Assembly: GCA_040143965.1 (NCBI GenBank) | Contig: JASJQH010000019.1 | Coordinates: 1-49,655 of the forward strand | Source of the DNA: Basidiobolus ranarum | Lineage: Eukaryota | Direction of reading: 5' to 3' | Length of the DNA stretch: 49,655 nt | Shown: positions 38,445 to 49,341 of the stretch, in pieces | How positions within the stretch are numbered: position 1 is the first letter of the stretch | How the letters are laid out: each line of letters starts with the position of its first letter | Made by a program: the position numbers and the translations under genes | Notes under the pieces: generated by a model | Database searches by the model: none | What the model saw: only the letters and a program-made list of their open reading frames with translations | What the model was told of the DNA's origin: nothing

Positions 38445-40998
38445 TTAAGCTTCGATCATCATCTCTTGCTCTTCGTTTTCCTTGTAAAGCTTGGTTGTCC
38501 ATTTACTAAACACACGCTTGTAGAGATACATGCAGACAGTATCTTGTTGCTTGAGTGCTCCATCAAACATACACTTCATGTAACCATGGGTACCGAGAGA
38601 CTCCTTGATATGTCCGGTACGTCCATACTTGGTGGTAAGTTGAATAGGCTTGAACCAGTGAACATCCTCGGGATTAAGGAACATGTAACGAATAACCGCA
38701 GTACGCTTGTGAACCTTGAAGGGATATCCGGTAAGGATGATTCTCTTGGCAATGATACGAGATGGATCAGGATTCAAGAAAGAACCAGTGGCAACAATAA
38801 TGGGGTCTTGACCGGCTTGCTCCTTATAGAAGATAGCAGGAACGTTTCCAAACTGAATGGGCCCGTAAAGTGTGGCTACCGAGGTCAAATCTTGTTGCAA
38901 GTAGCGCTCAAATTTGTGCACATTGTTGGATCCTTTGGTGGTGAGTTGAGAGTAAACTGGCTGAACTCTTAATCTACGGAATCCAATATGAAGGATCAAG
39001 GGGTCCTTAGACTTAACGGGCTCTTGATACTCGGAATTACGGTTAACAATGAAGTTCAAGACTGACATCTTGTGCTCATACTGAAGTAGTCCAAAAGCAA
39101 CGTTGACTCGAGAGCTATCGTAAGTTTCGATGAACTCCCTGGGGACATTGGTCAAGTGGATGGTGATATAGCTACCAGGCTTAACAGCGCCAGTAATGGC
39201 TTGACCCAACACACGAACTTTAGTTCTGGGATAATTCTCGAACTGGAAGATTCTCGAGTAATCAGTAGGGAGATTCTCGAAAGGATCCCAAGGAGAGGTA
39301 CGAATGCTGAGCATTCCACGGTATCTTTGGAATCTAGTTCTGGCAGAGATATCGAGTGGAGTGTCCACTTCATCGGGGAATTCACGGTCATCCTTGGATT
39401 CTTTTTGACGTTGAAGGTATTCTTGGAAACTGCGCTCCTCTTCCTCCTCATCCATATCACTGTTGTCATTGTCATCTTCGCCATCAGTGCCATTGCCTTG
39501 TTCCAAAGCAACATCTTCGTACTCTTCCCTGTCACTATCGACGTCATCAGTACCCATCATATTGTTATCCTCTCCATCATCACTGTATTCATTTTCGGAT
39601 CCTGAATCCACGATCCAAGCAGCTTGATATGAGGATGTACCCTTGGGTACACGTTTGGTCGACTTGGCTTCGGCGTCACGCTCTGCTTGCATCAACTTGA
39701 CACGCTCGTCAGCCTCAGCAAGTTCCTCTTCAGTTGGCCAGGTTTGCTCACCGGCCATTGGATCGGGATCCATTTCGGAGATCATATCGTCTTGATCTTC
39801 ATCAGGTAAATCCAAGATTCCAGAGTCTACAGAACCATCCATGGAATCCACAGCCATCGAAGATTCGTGGTGGGAAGAGCTGTTGGGACTCTTGGCAGCT
39901 ACGATTTGTTTGATCTGGAAGTCACCGTAGTTTTGGAGATGAACCAATCGATTGGCTGAGAAGGGGGCTCCTCTAGCATATCCAGTGATCTGAAGGGTAC
40001 CAACAGAATCATCATCAGGGCTGCTTTCAAAGGAGGTCTTATCAATCAACATGTATGGGTGAGGTTCACGCCAGGTGATGGATTTGGGATGCTGGGCAGA
40101 AAGCAAACGGAGAAGGGTTTGGCTCTCTGGATCATTATCCACAGGATGAACCTTATCCATCTCTGGGAAGTAATAATTCATAAAGCTAAGAAGGCTCTTT
40201 CTAACTTCATTTTGCTTTTTGACGGCAACATTATCCAACTTTTGACAGGTGGCAATGACTGAGGGTGATCCCTGTGCCTGAATCGAACTAAGGCAGAGTA
40301 ATCCGAATTTATCGACCTCCACTTCGGAAGACAAAACGAAAAGTACGTAATCTGCTACTTTGGTGGCATCCAATATATCAGTGAGATTACGCTTCAATTG
40401 AATGAACTGAAAGGTTTGTTTGAAACGATCGGAACTGTAAACATGCTATTAATTTCATGAACTACCAATACACTAACTCTTTAAAAGACTTACACTAGAG
40501 TCACAGTTCCGTTGGGGGAAGGAACTACCTTCTCGGAAGCAGTGAAGAGGTTAGCAACAACTGAGGATGATTCTACATCAGGAGCGAGAGGAATCACAGC
40601 CTAAGAAATTGAACTCGTTAATGCATACTCTGACATTATAATATAGCCGGTCCGAATACTTACCACAATCTTGGGAGCACCATTTCTTCCGCTGAAAATT
40701 CTATTGGCCTGAGTTAAAGCAGCGCGTTTGTTCTGCTGCAACAACTTAGCTGCGTTCTTACGATCAGCTTTCTTGGTAACATTCTTAGCAGAATGCTTGA
40801 CACTTTGACGGTTTACTTTGCCTTCAAAAGGAAAGAACAATAAGTTATAAGAACTTTATCCACAAAAATTTAGTTGACTATTGACAAAGTACCTTTCGAT
40901 TGATCTTTCAAAGAACCTTTGGAAGAGTGTCTCGATTTGAAGGGCTTATTTTTCTGCTTTAGAGTAGCCCGATGGTGAAAAGATTCTTCCTGCGGCAT
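38445..40998 (-). CDS. TSR1: Pre-40S ribosome assembly factor Tsr1 (4 exons)
   Basis: KQKNKPFKSRHSSKG, LDATKVAD, EQTWPTEEE, VPKGTSSYQAAWI, FPDEVDTP, RFQRYRG, IKESLGTHGYMKC. Confidence 0.96.
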
Positions 40999-42192
40999 AT
41001 TTCCAGAGTAGTCGTGAATAGACACAGAAAAGAAGAACTGCTAAAAGAAAATATTCAACCTTTACTTTGGCCAGGTTTTTTTCGCTTGCTTGGTGAATTT
41101 TGGTTTTTTTTCTTTTTGTTACACCTTCTTATTCCTGTTCAATTGATTCTAGAAGATCGAGAATTATTGGAAATATCAATAGCACCTATCAAATTTCAAA
41201 TTTAATGGTTTAATCATTCAATTTTAATAAGAGATTGTGTTATTTAGGCTAGGATATGATCCAATATTGCACACTCGGTCAAAATATGTTGTATTCGACT
41301 GGGATCTGATTTGATGCTGATAGCTAACTATCTTAGGATTAGGTACAAGATTGGATATAGTCACTTGCGATTATTATATTATATTGTTGCCTTTGGCTTT
41401 CACTTTTTGTTTGAACAAAGCGCGCTAGATGTAATGCTTGTTTTCAATCCAAAAATGTCATGTACTCTTCCATGAACCGAAAAGTATTAGTGTGATATAT
41501 GGAAAGACCCTGGGGTTGATCTTTTGCTATTAGCATTGGATCTTAGAGATCTTGAAGGTTATATAATTTTTGGGTATTTTTGATTATATTAAAAGGATAA
41601 CAAGCTGTCAGAATGTGCAAACCGTCCTCGCCTGGTTGTTGGAATAATCAACCGGCAAGATCATCAACTGAGGTGGTTCAGAAGTTCCGAAGGACTAATC
41701 GAACACATCTCACACTTCCCTTTACGGACAGCGCACTACATCTCATCAACCAGCTTGGTATTAGTGTCTTTGTTGGGAAACAAAGACTGGGAATGTACTA
41801 TATACATAATCCTGTAAAGTACAGTCGTGATTTTCAAATGTTGCGAATCATCCCTTTTTATATACAAAACGAAGAGAAAATTAATTTCATGAATTCAATT
41901 AATGTATTTCATTCCCACAATAGTCTTTGAAAAAACACTTTATGATTGGCTGTGAAAACTTATTGAATCTCGGTGCACAAATGAGTAGAAACTTGCTTAC
42001 TTACCATATGTACGGTACAGAATTTAAATTATTACCCGACCCTTAGCAAATCTAATTTGTACGACTGACAATTTTCCGTTATTTGGTGAACTTTTTCCTG
42101 GAATTAGTAGTACTAATGCTCAGTCCATTGTCCCATAATCCACTAAATTGAGTGATCATATTAAATTCGAATCTTGGTGAACGTAGGAAATC

Positions 42193-42354
42193 ATACTTAC
42201 CTGGCAGGGGGAGCTTACGATCAAGTAGGTGAGCTCTTCGTCTTGGAAATTGGCCATTGCACAGCGTGCCAAGGTCCTTGACGCGAACATCCTTCGGGGT
42301 GTCTCGACTGTTAAATTTTTGTTTGTGGGAGGTGAGCGCTATGCGCCGCCTCCT
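42193..42354 (+). ncRNA. U1: U1 spliceosomal snRNA
   Basis: 5' ATACTTACCTGG, stem I GAGCTTAC/GTGAGCTC with loop GATCAAGTAG, stem-loop II loop ATTGCAC (U1A site), stem III ACATCC-TTCG-GGGTGT, Sm site AATTTTTG (42314-42321) and a GC-rich terminal hairpin. Confidence 0.95.
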
Positions 42355-42740
42355 TACCTCTCTCTATAATATTTCAAACTATTTGTATACACGCATGTTT
42401 ATTATATAACGCATTCATTATGTATCGAGCTTTGTGTCATCGATAGGCGTCTACATATTATGTAAGCAATTTAGCCAATTGTTATTGAGTAATCTTTAAC
42501 TAATTGATTGGTCACTACACATATCCATTGATGGTAACTGTCATTCGAAATTTTATACATTAGCATTAATCCTCAAACAAAACCAATCCACAGACAAATA
42601 AGTCTACGACATAGAGACTCGTGGATAAACGGTAAATATTAGCTATTTGGAAGAAACTTCGGTTCAGTATTGTGATCGCATCGTTACAAATAAATGAGGC
42701 TTATGGTATGGACGGGATTAAACTAAGATTAGGGTGGTGT

Positions 42741-44282
42741 TTAGATATCATTTTCTGTAGCTACTTTCTCGCCTCGGTTATGGCGAGCCAAGTGAGGGTT
42801 ATTGATTTTAGAATGAGTGCGGCCATATAAAGCATAAACAACTAGACCAAGTCCCATCCAAATGAACAAACGCGCAATGGTAGATGGTGAGGCAGTGCAC
42901 AGTAAAAGAACAGATAGAGCGGCACCTATGACGGGAATTAAAAATGGTCCAAATGGAACCTTGAATCTACGTGGAATATCTGGGCGTTTGAATCGAAGAA
43001 TAATCACACCAATATTCACCAGACAAAAGGCAAACAAGGTGCCTACTGAGGTCATTTCTCCTAGTACATCAACTGGAAGAATACCGCCTAGCACAGCGCA
43101 ACTAACACCGGTTACGATGGTAGTGAACCAGGGTGTTTTGAATCTGGGATGAATCTTAGCAGCAACTTCCGGAAACAAACCATCTTTAGCCATGGCGTAG
43201 AAAATACGAGGCTGGCCCATAAGCAGAATTAGCATGACTGATGCCAAACCAAAAATAATTCCCAAGGCAACTACGGTGGTCATCCAGTTCATGCCAGTAC
43301 GACCAATAAGGACCAAGATTGGCTTGGCACTATCTAACTCTCTGTAGGGCACAACACCAGTCATGATAAAGCACACTGCAATATAAAGGATTGTACAGAT
43401 GAGTAAAGAGCCACAAATACCGATTGGTAAATCTCGTTGAGGATTTTTGGACTCTTGCGCAGCGGTAGAAATGGCATCGAAACCGATGTAAGCAAAGAAC
43501 ACAGTGCTAGCAGCAGAAAACATGCCAGAGACTCCGAATTTCTCAAATGTGCCTTCATTAGGTGGGAAGAATGGTGTATAGTTGGCAGGATTGACATCCT
43601 TGATGCAGGCGAAGATTGTAAGAAGAACCACAAGCACCTTAATGGCGACCATGACAGTATTAACGCGGGCAGATTCGCGAATGCCAAAACAAAGAAGAGC
43701 AGTAATAAGTAGAGATATACTAATGGCGGGAACGTTGATATAGTGTCCAGTCATGTAAAAACCCTTGGTCTCATCGTACTTGAAAGGGGCCTCAACCCAA
43801 TGGGGATTCATTTTCCAACCAAAAGCACTTTCAATGAAACCAACAAAGTAGGCAGACCAACCAACAGAAACTGTAGCAGCACCGACTAAATATTCCAATA
43901 TCAAATCCCATCCGATAGTCCAACCAATCAATTCACCCATGGTAGCATATGTATAAGTATAAGCAGAGCCAGCAACCGGAATCATACATGCCATCTCAGA
44001 GTAAGAGAGTGCAGCAGTACCAGCGGCAAGTCCTGAAACGACAAAAGAGAGAGCAACAGCTGGACCAGCCTTATTAGCGGCGGCGACTCCAGTCAACACG
44101 AAGATACCGGTACCGATAATGGCTCCTATGCCCACTGATGTCAGGTCAACAAAGTTCAAAGTACGCTTCATTTCAGAGCCTTCAATATCTCCTTGAAGTT
44201 GCTCCATAGTCTTAACGGCAAAGAGCTTACGCCACCAAGATGTCTCTCCAGGCTTATATGAGACCACTTCTGATTTAGACAT
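42741..44282 (-). CDS. APC-superfamily amino acid permease (CAT / YfnA-GkApcT type), intronless
   Basis: KRTL...DL...GIGAIIGTGIFVLTG..A...AGPAV, YSEMACMIPVAGSAYTY, GWDLILEY, FFAYIGFD, AQESKNPQRDLP, GQPRIFYAMAKDGL, HPRFKTP. Confidence 0.93.
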   Translation of the reverse strand: MSKSEVVSYKPGETSWWRKLFAVKTMEQLQGDIEGSEMKRTLNFVDLTSVGIGAIIGTGIFVLTGVAAANKAGPAVALSFVVSGLAAGTAALSYSEMACMIPVAGSAYTYTYATMGELIGWTIGWDLILEYLVGAATVSVGWSAYFVGFIESAFGWKMNPHWVEAPFKYDETKGFYMTGHYINVPAISISLLITALLCFGIRESARVNTVMVAIKVLVVLLTIFACIKDVNPANYTPFFPPNEGTFEKFGVSGMFSAASTVFFAYIGFDAISTAAQESKNPQRDLPIGICGSLLICTILYIAVCFIMTGVVPYRELDSAKPILVLIGRTGMNWMTTVVALGIIFGLASVMLILLMGQPRIFYAMAKDGLFPEVAAKIHPRFKTPWFTTIVTGVSCAVLGGILPVDVLGEMTSVGTLFAFCLVNIGVIILRFKRPDIPRRFKVPFGPFLIPVIGAALSVLLLCTASPSTIARLFIWMGLGLVVYALYGRTHSKINNPHLARHNRGEKVATENDI

Positions 44283-45078
44283 TTCTGCTTGTAAAGATTC
44301 GAAGATGATGTTAGAAGAAGTAGATGATATTGTATAGTGATGGTCTTAGGTGTTCTTTTATACCTCTTTTGAATGGAGTAGAAGTTGACTGATACAATAT
44401 AATTCAATTGATCTGTAGAGTCAAAGCTCGTAGTATACTGAAGGTCACGTAGTCATCTAACTCACACTTGCTTCCGCACTTCATGTGAATCAATGAATAG
44501 AATCACTTTCGTGTGCCTATTGTAAACTTGCTTATAAGTCCGAATTAGTATTCTGAGTAACCAGTTCTTGGGTGCTAGTTCGCTACACTAGTCCACTACT
44601 CCTACCTGAATATCAACTATCTAGATGTGTTCGAGTTAGGGTTAGGCGAGAGAATTCAGGTTAATTAAGCTTATATTAGATAAGAATATTGTCCGCATGT
44701 GTGATCAGAGTTTGAGACTCTATATATATCCAAATGAGGAATCAACTCAACCATAGTTCTTTATTGGTGTGTGCATTCTCATAGCCGTCGAACTTGGAAT
44801 AGCTGTAAAATACTGAAACCCACCCAGAATCGAGTTTATCTTCCCATCTGTGACACGAAGTGCAAACCTTAATGATGCAGAACCGTTCGTATAAGTTTTG
44901 CTTAGATCGGTGACTAGAAGTTTAATTCTTTTACCCACATTACCGGTTATCTCCTATAGTAAGCTCCGAGTTTTCTTCATCCCACATTGCTTCTGATTCG
45001 TGAAGCTTTTTTCCACATTTAATAGGCAATCGTCGCAAATACACGTATTACTATGGGTTGTTCACTAAGGTGCCATAA

Positions 45079-45116
45079 TAACCATCGTCAACCCTAACCA
45101 TCGTCAACCCTAACCA
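45079..45116. repeat. 16-bp tandem repeat (TAACCATCGTCAACCC) x2.4
   Basis: Read directly. The unit junctions create ACCCTAACC. Confidence 0.9.
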
Positions 45117-45307
45117 CCAATCTGATCTATGCGGATAAAGTGATGGATAAGGACATGAATATAAAAGTGATTTGGTTCGGTTCTGTTTCAAAAGCTCATT
45201 TTAATGTATTACCAAAATAGATCAAGCGTATTGGTTGTGAACTATATATATTAGTGCTATCATCCAAATTGTCCACCTGACAACAAAATACACTACAGTA
45301 GTAACTA

Positions 45308-45347
45308 AGCCAGCAGTCGAGCTAGCAGTCGAGCTAGCAGCCGAGCC
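45308..45347. repeat. 12-bp tandem repeat (AGCYAGCAGYCG) x3.3
   Basis: Read directly. Confidence 0.9.
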
Positions 45348-46021
45348 CATTATAGTAGTAATCAACTGCTTGGTCTATGTTGTTCTCACATCACCTATCA
45401 CCGGGTAAGGTAAGTTACTAAGCCGGTTTACTACCGGATAAAGTGTACAAAACTTAAAGCGAAACCACGCAACACCAACCTAAATTTTCTGGTTGTTGAC
45501 ATACTGCAATCACACGGTTTTGTTTAGAATTTCGGAGATCTTACCAGGGTAGGATGGGATACTAAGGATATTACTGACTAGATATGGAATGATCTCATTT
45601 ATTCTTAAACTTCACCTTCTTATGACTGTATCAGTAGAGAGTTTGACCTTGTTTGGGAGTGGGATATTCTTCAAAACAAGGTGGAGTTACAGCCTGAATT
45701 AAAGGCGATGTCTCCCAGTAGCATAAATAAGCTAGTTGTATCACTTTATCCAAGTTGTAATTGGTTGCACCAGATAAACTTTATATAAATCAATCATACA
45801 ATTTAATCCGTTTCAGAAGACATTTTTACTCGAGAATGAGTAGAATGAATAAGACATGAATATTGAGAATATAACGAATGGATGTAGAGAACAAAAACCT
45901 ATTCTTGTGAGTGTATATTGGTCGTATTCTAATAATTGCTATTTAACTTTTGAACTCGATTTCCCTCGTTGCTGATTCATGCTCCTAGTTAACCGGAATA
46001 GTCTTACAACCATGGGTTAGA

Positions 46022-46101
46022 ATTAGGAATATCTATTGAGTTAAGTGTCACTTCCTAGTATTAGGAATATCTATTGAGTTAAGTGCCACTTCCTAGTATT
46101 A
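46022..46101. repeat. 38-bp tandem duplication with internal dyad symmetry
   Basis: ATTAGGAATATCTATTGAGTTAAGTGYCACTTCCTAGT twice (46022-46059, 46060-46097) with one mismatch. Confidence 0.92.
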
Positions 46102-46162
46102 TAGAACTAATGTAAAACTAGTAGTCCAGGACGTAGTTGTTTATAAAAGTCTAGCAGTATGA

Positions 46163-46216
46163 CGTTTTCAGTTTCAGTAGGCCGTTTTCAGTAGGCCGTT
46201 TTCAGTAGGCGGTTTT
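46163..46216. repeat. 14-bp tandem repeat (CGTTTTCAGTAGGC), about 3 copies
   Basis: Read directly. Confidence 0.88.
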
Positions 46217-46259
46217 TCATATATTCTATTGTGGTTTCAATACAACTCACTTGATAGCC

Positions 46260-46680
46260 TTAACGTTTACTGACAATTTCATTAAACTCCACCAGATAGG
46301 TCTGGCACAATATCAATAAACTCTGAATCAATGCCACTAGCTTACCATTTACGTTGTACTTCTTAAGATTATAGACGTCCATGTAAATCTCAGAAAGGTT
46401 GTGAGAGATCATAATACTGTTTAGAAATAGAGGCTAATTCGATCCACATCTTGTGGTAACACCCTAGAGTGAATAAAGTAGAGTGAGTTATAAGGGTGGG
46501 AGGTACATCATTCCAATCATACTATTATAGAATAAACCCCGGCTTACCATAATAGAGTATCATCACGAAGATGTCCAGCGCTTCAAAAATATCGGATTCG
46601 ATCCTTACACGATTATTTCGAATACACCCAAGAGTACAATGAGACTTGAGGAAAAAGTCCGTGAGGGATATTTCTTTTAT
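46260..46680 (-). mobile_element. Possible highly decayed non-LTR (LINE) reverse transcriptase fragment
   Basis: Minus-strand translation through stops gives IKEISLTDFFLK...GKPGF...YYDLSQPF*, then after a frameshift LKKYNVNGKLVALIQSLL...VEFNEIVS. This is collinear with YRPISL / Q.GF / FLDLSKAFD / L..YG..GK.L..I.SFL. Confidence 0.3.
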
Positions 46681-47909
46681 AGATGTCATGTGATGAGGTA
46701 GCTTATAGTAATATTGCTGCAGAATAAAGTACAAGTAATGAGCAATATCCTAAATTCATTTTGCATACCCATTGGATGTTCTCCATGGTAAATATTGGAC
46801 ACCGGATATTCTTGAGCTGTTACTGTATAGCTTACTTATTACCAGTTTAGCCCTAATCCTACCCATCAATACTAATATTGGGACATTTGCTTAGATTCCC
46901 TAGCCATATTCTGTCACTTAGTATGGCAGAGTGCTACTGTTCACTGATATTTATATTATTGCATGTTTATCTTCAACGTTGATGGCCAATATCCAAAACT
47001 AATTTTAACAGTGAAGTTGACATACTCCTATTATGGCCCTCTCTAACAAAATCTTTAATGCTGTTGTCAAATTATCCAATGAATGTCCTTAATCAGCAAA
47101 AAATCCTGTTAACTGTTTGTATATCGTGCTAATTTCAGTAGATTATGCATAATTGCTTATTTTGAATGGTATTTTTCAACTGGAGCTTGATTAACCTATG
47201 ACAGAGAAGTATCGTTGTGATAATTTGCCCGTATGGAAATGTGACAGTTCAGTTCATTGAGTTAGCCCACCAACAAGAGTTTCCAAACTAGAATATACGA
47301 GTCTTGTTATGCATTGGTCTAGCTATCTACCCATATGAGACAGTATTTAATATGGTACCTTTGAAATTTCACTCACTAGGCAAATGACTATCATTGCCTC
47401 TAGGAAGTCTTTCCAAAATATTCTGGCGCAAAAGTTTAGCAAAAGGCTAGATTCTATCTGTTTAAGCAAAGTATAGATACATTTTTTGCTGCCACCTATT
47501 TCATGGTAGCAATGAAAAATTCTAGAATGAGTTCACCTGGGGGTTTAAGAGCAAATAGGCTATGAATTCTGCTTAACTTTTTCTCCCTTGACAATGCGCT
47601 AGATTCATTGTCATTAATAAATGTAGTTTAGATTGTTCCTTAATGCAATCCCAAATATGTATAGTGTCTTAGTAACATAGGATTGTCGGTTGTCTTCCAG
47701 CAATCAAATACTTGGGATTCGGCACCTTGATAATCTTTACCCTCCTAACTTAATGATGATTTGAAGCATGGATTATATTAAGATATTGCGAAATTACTAA
47801 TCTACTAATCATATGAGTTTATTGCGAATTCTATTCAATTTTTGGTGGCTTGGCTTTGCAGTATACCACTGTATAAGCCACTTGTTGGTTATATAAATGT
47901 CAAATAGGC

Positions 47910-48107
47910 TCTCGCCATGGTCGTCTGTACGAGGAAGACGAACAAGAAGAGGAATATGAAAGAGGCTTGAACGGTAGACGTGGTCAGCAAAACTATCCTC
48001 GCTCTCGCTATGGTCGTCAGTATGAGGAGGACGAGCAAGAAGATGAATACGAGAGAGACTTGAACAGTAGACGTGGTCAAAAAAATCATATCCGTTCTCG
48101 TCAATAA
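47910..48107 (+). pseudogene. Coding 93-bp tandem repeat (31 aa x2): exon or remnant of a repeat-peptide gene
   Basis: SRHGRLYEEDEQEEEYERGLNGRRGQQNYPR / SRYGRQYEEDEQEDEYERDLNSRRGQKNHIR then SRQ*. Several differences are synonymous in this frame, and a TAG acceptor ends at 47907. Confidence 0.5.
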
Positions 48108-48987
48108 GTATGATGCAACTACGATCAAAGATTGATTTCAAGAATAACACTTCCCTACAGTTAAAATAAATCCGAATGTTCCATAACTCGTTAGTTCCCA
48201 ATATTCTTGATATCCAATAAAGCCTCCCATGCAATTAGTCATAATAATAACCAGATTCTTGGCTTTTGGATCGATTGAGGAATGCCTTGTCGAGTAAGCC
48301 TATCCTTCTGGCCGACTTGTTTTATTCATAGTATGTTAGTCCTCCTGAGAACTTCTTCGTGCTCGGTACTATCTTTCTGCATAGTGACCAAAATTTTTGC
48401 ATTGTTTTAGACATCAAAATCACCTTGCGAAGGTTATTTAAGGCTACCATTGCGTTTTTTTTTTTTCAGCCATAATTATATTTAAAAGTATAAAGTCTAC
48501 AAATATGTAGATATGTAGACTATGTTTCACTTTTTAAAAATATTTGACACCACCCCCGCATACCTTTTTTTTTTATATATTATGATTTAATAAACTTTAG
48601 TAGGATTCGAAAAAAATAATTGTACTACCTTTGCAGCAAATCCTATAGGAGTAGGACTTTTGGCCACCGCCTTGCACGCTCGCACAAGTACTTTTTTAAG
48701 TAATTTATCAAAAATGGTTTCTACCATTATATACATTGTTTTAGTATATAAACTACAGAAAAAAGGTCGATATGCATATTAAATATTTTTTATTTAATAT
48801 AGGCGAATACCTTTTAATAATGTAATATATATAATATTAGATAATTAAAATGTATAAAATATAAGGTTTACTATGGGTAATATTCTTTTTGTTAGATATG
48901 TATAAAATATAACGTAAAGTATTATAAGTACGTTAGGTAAAAATATGGTAAAAGTGTTATGACGTAACTTTTTAGAAAAGTATCAAA

Positions 48988-49341
48988 ATGTATAGTAATT
49001 TCACGAATCAGGATGTAGGGGGTAAATGGATACTTTTTTACTCTTCTTATGAAGTTGATGAAAAATGGACAATTGTAAAAGATTTACTTTTTAATAACAA
49101 ACTAGGCCCTTCTGCAAAATGTTCAACTGCGTTTTCTCCTGAAGAATATGATAAACAAACTAGGGTTATTATTGTATATACTTATAATTATGAAAACACC
49201 AAGGATGTTTTTCGTGTAGCAAAAGCACTAAAAGATGAACTTAAGTACGCTAAAACAATGTATTATAAAGCTGATTATCAAACCAGTGCAGGTATGTATG
49301 CACATAAAGGTTCTAAGAAAAACCATTTGTATAGTTATTAA
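48988..49341 (+). CDS. DUF1917 / Bles03 (C11orf68)-like protein, eIF4E-like fold, intronless
   Basis: GKWILF...VDEKW..V......LGPSAKCST...RVIIVYT....KDVFRV...L....YYKAD.QT.AG.Y matches the family pattern as I recall it. Very AT-rich codons. Confidence 0.75.
   Translation: MYSNFTNQDVGGKWILFYSSYEVDEKWTIVKDLLFNNKLGPSAKCSTAFSPEEYDKQTRVIIVYTYNYENTKDVFRVAKALKDELKYAKTMYYKADYQTSAGMYAHKGSKKNHLYSY

Noticed and set aside
41613-41930. 105-aa + strand ORF between TSR1 and U1
   Set aside because: No recognisable domain or codon bias. It cannot be supported without expression data.
44633-45116. TTAGGG/CCCTAA words as a true telomere
   Set aside because: At most two units each and internal to the sequence.
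46022-46216. Short repeats as a CRISPR array
   Set aside because: The units are contiguous with no spacers, there are no cas genes, and the context is eukaryotic.
46531-46661. AAACCCCGGCTTA and GAGGAAAAAGTCCG resembling RNase P P4 strands
   Set aside because: They are in the wrong order, and no supporting helices lie between or around them.
47809-48234. Minus-strand ORFs 47809-48234 and 47889-48128
   Set aside because: The substitution pattern between repeat copies favours the + strand frame, so these look like shadows.
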